Positions 59,387-64,000 of a stretch of DNA of 64,000 nt are shown piece by piece. This DNA comes from a virus. Each line of letters opens with the position of its first letter. Position 1 is the first letter of the stretch. Where the stretch lies: IMG/VR virus record IMGVR_UViG_3300009103_002144, positions 45,193 through 109,192 of that record, one strand, 5' to 3'. The notes below the pieces were generated by a model, which worked only from the letters and a program-made list of their open reading frames with translations, was not told the DNA's origin and did no database searches. A program made the translations under genes and the position numbers.

Positions 59387-59719
59387 AAGTCTTTTGATGA
59401 CTGCTTCCATGAGTTCAAACTTAGGGTCGGAATCAAGTTTTGAGACCAGATCAGAGTATTGGTTCCGAGCCCATAGCGTTGCTTGCTCTTCATCCGCAAA
59501 TGTTCTAAGACCGCTATCATACCCCAGAGGAGGGCATGTAATTTCAACACCATGCTGTCCCCATGCAGTCGGATACATTTCAACTTCGACTCGAGCATCA
59601 TGAAAAAAGCTAATTGGTTTTGGGTCTATTGTACGATAATTGCTACCAGGCCCGTCTTCGGCTAGTCTTTCTTCTTTATTGATAGAACCTTTATTTGTTT
59701 TTTTATCGAGTCCATGCAC
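59363..59719 (-). CDS. Hypothetical protein (start uncertain)
   Basis: 118-aa ORF with plausible composition. Confidence 0.5.
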   Translation of the reverse strand: MHGLDKKTNKGSINKEERLAEDGPGSNYRTIDPKPISFFHDARVEVEMYPTAWGQHGVEITCPPLGYDSGLRTFADEEQATLWARNQYSDLVSKLDSDPKFELMEAVIKRLLEYSSRN

Positions 59720-59881
59720 TTTCTTAATTCTCTCATTGTCTCTTGCTCATTGCAAGTCGAAGCCGCAATGTATGCTTTGTTTAAGTATAGCAAACACTTC
59801 CTTAATTGATATTGTAGATCAACTCGTTTCAAATCGCGCATATCACTAAACCCTGATGTGGGGAGGCACGAAATTAAGTAT

Positions 59882-60145
59882 TCATTTATTTGTGATATTC
59901 TTTGATTGATCGTTATCGTTTTCGTATACGTGCACTCTGCGAAAGCTCTTACCATACGAGTTATGATCTACCAATATGGTCTGACACCGCGATATTTTAT
60001 TCATTTCAATAAAGTCTAGACTAAAATGTTCAGACTCTGTATCAATGCCCATTTCATTACACGCTTCTAGTGCAATAGCTTCTCCATCAAATACACCAAG
60101 AATTCTAGTACCATCCCAAGATTTTAAGCTAGCTACTACCAACAT
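59882..60145 (-). CDS. Hypothetical protein
   Basis: 87 aa, with a promoter-like TGTACT-N16-TATGTT at 60173-60200. Confidence 0.5.
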   Translation of the reverse strand: MLVVASLKSWDGTRILGVFDGEAIALEACNEMGIDTESEHFSLDFIEMNKISRCQTILVDHNSYGKSFRRVHVYENDNDQSKNITNK

Positions 60146-60247
60146 AACTGCCCTTTAGCGTCCATATCCAAAAACATAAACAAATGATGCTAAAAGTACA
60201 CGGTTTAAACGAACTTCTCTTATATTTATTTTTAAGGGAGGTTACCA

Positions 60248-61153
60248 ATGATTAAGCGTATTTTATCATTCCTAACCATCGCAGTCTTTGCACTTTCGTG
60301 CACCCAAGACAATATTTTGACCTACGAGAAGATTGAAGAAGTCGAGGTCTATCCTGATGTTTGGGTCGATTCTTTCATACAGCCTGTTGCTACAGACGGA
60401 TATGACATCTTATGGGTTATCGATCGATCAGGAAGTATGGGATCTCATGATGCCAATCTGCTTGTTGGTATTGAGACAATGATGGCAGCATTACCTATTG
60501 ACACAGGATGGAGACTTGGTATAATCAGTAGTGATGGCAATTACTCAATCTCCAATACAACATTTCCGCTGGTCCCTGGAGATGACATTGATGATGCAAC
60601 AGCCTCGCTTAATGCATTACAAGGAAGCTACTATGGTCCTCCTGGAGAAGAGGGCTTTGAAGCTGTTTATTCATATATGACCCTTAACGCATATTCTTCT
60701 ACCTGGATGAGACCATCAGCAGCATTATTGGTTGTCTTTGTTTCTGATGAAGAAGAACAATCGACGTGGGAAGTCCAAGAATTTGCCACCTACTTACGCA
60801 CGGTTCGATCGCTGACCTTCGTTACATCAATCGTTGGTCTAGAAAATGGTGGTGGATGCGGTGATCAAGAAGGATTACGTTACCTAGATCTTGCAAGAGA
60901 ATTTGGGGGAATTGAAATAGATATATGCAGCTCTGATTGGTCTCAAGGGGTCGAAGAAGCCAGCAAAGAATTTGAACCGATTGACAGCATAGAACTAACT
61001 GAGCTTCCGCAAGATGGAAGTATAGTTGTGTTTCTTGATGGTGTACCTACACAATCAACTGACTGGCACTATGACGCTTCAACAAATACTGTCTATTTTA
61101 TTGTGGTACCCGAAGATGGTGTGCTAGTGGAAGTCGCGTATTTTATTGCTTAA
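60248..61153 (+). CDS. vWA-domain lipoprotein
   Basis: Signal peptide with lipobox FALSC, MIDAS DILWVIDRSGSM, VFVSDEEEQS and a GGGAGG RBS. Confidence 0.85.
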   Translation: MIKRILSFLTIAVFALSCTQDNILTYEKIEEVEVYPDVWVDSFIQPVATDGYDILWVIDRSGSMGSHDANLLVGIETMMAALPIDTGWRLGIISSDGNYSISNTTFPLVPGDDIDDATASLNALQGSYYGPPGEEGFEAVYSYMTLNAYSSTWMRPSAALLVVFVSDEEEQSTWEVQEFATYLRTVRSLTFVTSIVGLENGGGCGDQEGLRYLDLAREFGGIEIDICSSDWSQGVEEASKEFEPIDSIELTELPQDGSIVVFLDGVPTQSTDWHYDASTNTVYFIVVPEDGVLVEVAYFIA

Positions 61154-61443
61154 GCTTCCGGAATTCCAGGAATAGAGCTTAGAAGTTTGATGGCTAACTC
61201 TATCTCTCTCATTTCTTTTTCGTAATCTTTTTTAGCCGCTTTAATTGTTTCCGAGCTTGAGGAAACGTGCATGACAGGAAGTTTCATAATAGCGTCTAGT
61301 GTTCCGATTCTCGACGCCAATTCATCGTACGCAGACGATGATTGCATTCCTACCATAAACATCATAATATTAACTTGAGCTTTTTCGAACGGAGTTAACT
61401 CTTCTCCGGGCTTTAGGTTTAGGCTTCCTGTTACTGCGTTCAT
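61150..61443 (-). CDS. Hypothetical protein
   Basis: 97-aa ORF. Confidence 0.5.
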   Translation of the reverse strand: MNAVTGSLNLKPGEELTPFEKAQVNIMMFMVGMQSSSAYDELASRIGTLDAIMKLPVMHVSSSSETIKAAKKDYEKEMREIELAIKLLSSIPGIPEA

Positions 61444-61726
61444 TCTGCTTTTTGTTCCCTTGCTTAGGAGTTCTTATACTTTTAACTATCTGCCAATCGA
61501 AGATAATAGATTCATCGATATTAATTCTACTGTAAGGTACACATGCTTTCTGTAAAGCTTTAGCATCGGCTTCATCTATGAGTACGCCCCACCAGATATC
61601 TTCCTTGGTAAATGAACATACTTCTTTCCTTGTTGCCTTAATCTTTACACGCACTCCAGCAAAGGTGTCTATGAGGTAAATTGTACCAGCTTTAATTTGT
61701 CTTTTCTTTCTTTTATTATTTTGCAT
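61370..61726 (-). CDS. Hypothetical basic protein
   Basis: 118 aa. Overlaps the downstream gene by 74 nt. Confidence 0.45.
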   Translation of the reverse strand: MQNNKRKKRQIKAGTIYLIDTFAGVRVKIKATRKEVCSFTKEDIWWGVLIDEADAKALQKACVPYSRINIDESIIFDWQIVKSIRTPKQGNKKQNERSNRKPKPKARRRVNSVRKSSS

Positions 61727-62000
61727 GAAGACGTGGAAAGTTTATATACTAGAGTGCGCTGACAATACGCTATATACTGGTATCACCACCGATCTGGCTA
61801 GAAGAATAGATCAACACCAGTCAGGAAAGGGAGCGAAATATACAAAGGGTAGGGACCCAGTTAAGGTCGTCGACGTTCTATCAGGGCTAGATAAAAGTAC
61901 TGCTCTTCAGGTTGAAAGCTTTATAAAGAAATGTCCACGCAAATTAAAAATAAAAGCTTTGAAGCTAATGTGCAAGATTCAAAAAAATAAAACTACTTAG
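61725..62000 (+). CDS. GIY-YIG nuclease (UPF0213/YazA-like)
   Basis: VYILECADNTLYTGITTDLARRIDQH..GKGAKYT.GR.P...E..IK. Confidence 0.92.
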   Translation: MKTWKVYILECADNTLYTGITTDLARRIDQHQSGKGAKYTKGRDPVKVVDVLSGLDKSTALQVESFIKKCPRKLKIKALKLMCKIQKNKTT

Positions 62001-62553
62001 CTCTTTGCTGTAAAAGGTAGACATACCCTTCATGTCTATCCGCTAATTCAGCTAAAAGGTTTTCAAGGCCGAATGTTAACGCGCCCATTCCCTCGAGGGT
62101 TGCTGCAACATTCTCGTCCATTATGACAAGTTGCTTACAGTACTCCAGGGCAATATCAGCAATTCTCTGTCCATCTTGACCAACGGGGGATTCCCATCCT
62201 TGGAGGACAAGCATCGCGTCGGAGGTAATCCTCATGGGGCAACCGAGTTCTTCATCGTCAAAAACACCGATTCCTTTTTCTATGATTCTGTCTATTACAT
62301 CTTGAACCTCAAGGTATATCGGCCCATATAGACTTACATGGTCTCCAGCGAACCCTGTTCCTTTTGTAACGTTATGTGCGGCATGCATCCATAAGTGGAA
62401 TGCTCGTATAAACCCAATGTACGCTGCCATTATCTCTGGGGGTGTAACAGGCAGCATCTGCTCCATAGCATTTATCTCAATGTCAGGAATGGCAATATTG
62501 ACTTCCCCACCATCGATAGTTGCAATATCGCATTGTTCTTTAAGACTACTCAC
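61993..62553 (-). CDS. Ferritin-like / Dps-like protein
   Basis: HAAHNVTKGTGFAGDH..LY..IY...IDRIIEK and HEGYVYLLQQR. Start probably GTG 62553, overlapping the previous stop. Confidence 0.7.
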   Translation of the reverse strand: MSSLKEQCDIATIDGGEVNIAIPDIEINAMEQMLPVTPPEIMAAYIGFIRAFHLWMHAAHNVTKGTGFAGDHVSLYGPIYLEVQDVIDRIIEKGIGVFDDEELGCPMRITSDAMLVLQGWESPVGQDGQRIADIALEYCKQLVIMDENVAATLEGMGALTFGLENLLAELADRHEGYVYLLQQRAK

Positions 62554-63064
62554 CTTGTGCATCCATCTTATAAGAGAGGTGGTCATACACTGCCTGAATA
62601 CCAGCTTCAGCAACTGCTATTTTTGATTGTGTCCATTCGGGTAATTCATCATCATCATTTAGGGTGTCATGAAGGCTCTGGGCATTTGAAGCGATATGCT
62701 GTAATTGTTGCTTTGCCATTCTGGCTCTTCCGCCATCACCCATCACCTGCGGCTCTTCTTCTGATACTGCTCCCGCAATATCAGCAACCATATCTGCTAA
62801 GGCTGCTGCGTCAAGAGCAATCGGCTCTTCTTTAGCAAGAGAAATTTCTTCTCTAAGCATCTTGATGAATTCTTTTCTCGTGATTCGAATCATAGACTCA
62901 TTCTTCTCTCTATCTTCGACGGTTTTATCGATAATCCCTTTTTGAAGAGCATCAGGAAGCTCATCTTGATCCCCCTTAAGAGCAGAGTCATCGTCATATT
63001 TCTTCGTAGACTTAGCAGCTTCTTCGCGGATTATGCGAAGTAGTTCTTTTTTACTTAATTGCAT
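62546..63064 (-). CDS. Putative internal head protein
   Basis: Two LxKxELxxIIREE-type motifs and a C-terminal RMAKQQL...LPEWTQSKIAVA domain. Confidence 0.55.
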   Translation of the reverse strand: MQLSKKELLRIIREEAAKSTKKYDDDSALKGDQDELPDALQKGIIDKTVEDREKNESMIRITRKEFIKMLREEISLAKEEPIALDAAALADMVADIAGAVSEEEPQVMGDGGRARMAKQQLQHIASNAQSLHDTLNDDDELPEWTQSKIAVAEAGIQAVYDHLSYKMDAQGE

Positions 63065-63066
63065 TT

Positions 63067-63324
63067 TTACCTCTTACGAAGATTTTCGTTCATGATCTTC
63101 TTAATCTGCATTCTGCGCTTAAGCTTCTCGACGATCTTAAGAACTTCAGGTCCTGTATCGTCTGAGGGAACGTCTGTTGCTTCATCCTGCCAATCGATTG
63201 GATCTTCTAAGTTATCGCCACCAGCCCAAGCATCTTCTTCAGGCTCGACCTCATCAGGTGTTTTTGAATCAGCGACTTGCTGCTCGTAGATTAGTGTGAG
63301 TAATTGTCTTTTAGTTAAACGCAT
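63067..63324 (-). CDS. Putative internal head protein (acidic)
   Basis: MRLTKRQLLTLIYE leader followed by an acidic linker. Confidence 0.55.
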   Translation of the reverse strand: MRLTKRQLLTLIYEQQVADSKTPDEVEPEEDAWAGGDNLEDPIDWQDEATDVPSDDTGPEVLKIVEKLKRRMQIKKIMNENLRKR

Positions 63325-63328
63325 TTCT

Positions 63329-64000
63329 TTATCTCCCAGAGTTACCTTTAATTATCTTTCGCTCTTGAATAATCATATGATTGATCATTTTTCTTAGCTC
63401 TAAACTTTCTTGCTGTTGTTCTTTGCCAGATTCAGCGATTGACTTTGCCAGCGCTTCGGCTGCGCTGACAATCGCGTTGCCGGCCTTGTTTAATTGTTTT
63501 CCACTTTCATCCCCGGCTTCCTCAGCCTGTACACCCATTTGTGCAACAAGATTACCAGCAACCGCGACATATTGTGCGGCTTCCCCAGGGTTACCGCTCT
63601 CTGCGATTTTATCGTAACCAGATGAAAGCTCTTTTGCTCTTGCCATATCGGTATTTTCCGCATAAAAGTCAGCAGTCGCGCCCATCGCACCGAACGCGTA
63701 CCACAGTCCGTTTGCTGCTTCGCCGTTTTCTTTTTGCCAAGCTTCAGCGGCTTCATCACTATCGTCTTTCGGGGTCCAGTCTTTGACATTTGTTGCTGCC
63801 TTTAATTTCTCATCCGCGACCTTTAACATCTCAATGCTCTTAGGACCGATGGCAGCGTAGAATACTTTCTGGTGCTCTTTATTATCCATGTCCAGGTCTT
63901 TTAGTGACGTCACCTCTGTGTCTTTACCGAGAATGTCTTGAGCAACACCCTTGACTTGTCCAGTTACATCACCCCAGGCATCTTCAACTTTCCCCTTTGC
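63329..64000 (-). CDS. Ala-rich hypothetical protein, partial (runs off right end)
   Basis: Frame stays open upstream of 63913 to the edge (AKGKVEDAWGDVTGQVKG...). C-terminal ESLELRKMINHMIIQE. Confidence 0.65.
   Translation of the reverse strand, partial: AKGKVEDAWGDVTGQVKGVAQDILGKDTEVTSLKDLDMDNKEHQKVFYAAIGPKSIEMLKVADEKLKAATNVKDWTPKDDSDEAAEAWQKENGEAANGLWYAFGAMGATADFYAENTDMARAKELSSGYDKIAESGNPGEAAQYVAVAGNLVAQMGVQAEEAGDESGKQLNKAGNAIVSAAEALAKSIAESGKEQQQESLELRKMINHMIIQERKIIKGNSGR

Noticed and set aside
59662-59955. 97-aa ORF
   Set aside because: Overlaps both neighbours substantially. A shorter version from ATG 59841 is possible but unsupported.
1-64000. Stop-codon reassignment
   Set aside because: Long recognisable genes are intact in the standard code, and TAA, TAG and TGA all end genes at expected positions.
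1-64000. CRISPR array, tRNA/rRNA, IS element, intron or intein
   Set aside because: No regularly spaced direct repeats, RNA-gene signatures, transposase or interrupted conserved genes seen. Intergenic gaps are under 200 nt. By-eye only.
63914-64000. CsbD-like KGKVEDAWGDVTG motif
   Set aside because: Too short and truncated by the window edge to call.

Overview
The window is a densely coding segment of a large, probably jumbo, contractile-tailed (myovirus-like) phage genome. It uses the standard genetic code and nearly all genes are on the minus strand. From left to right: (1) 1-11 kb, a baseplate module (LamG-like and wedge proteins, gp6/J-like, gp25-like, gp5-like spike). (2) 11-12 kb, a T4 gp55-like sigma factor. 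(3) 12.3-34.6 kb, a ~22 kb glycan cluster with 13 glycosyltransferase-like genes (including a GT6/ABO-type), gmd/fcl, heptose-pathway enzymes, epimerases, three methyltransferases and a StrG-like oxygenase. (4) An AT-rich gap with divergent promoter-like boxes. (5) 34.8-44.8 kb, two giant repeat-built fibre proteins. (6) 44.8-64 kb, an accessory region: PIN-PhoH, stand-alone sigma region 4, Hc1-like histone, RNase H-like YkuK, degenerate chaperonin, SET domain, yhbH-spoVR-prkA, NUDIX, cupin, nucleotidyltransferase, DinG-like helicase, eukaryote-type PMM, serine protease, vWA lipoprotein, GIY-YIG, Dps-like and candidate internal head proteins. The best candidate for a new system is phage-encoded virion glycosylation: the glycan cluster lies between structural genes whose products are conspicuously rich in an [ST]-[GAS]-S tripeptide. 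Also notable are the phage-borne PrkA/YhbH/SpoVR module, an Hc1 + SET pair, an RBS-masking hairpin and two promoter classes. All family calls are by-eye motif recognition, not database searches.
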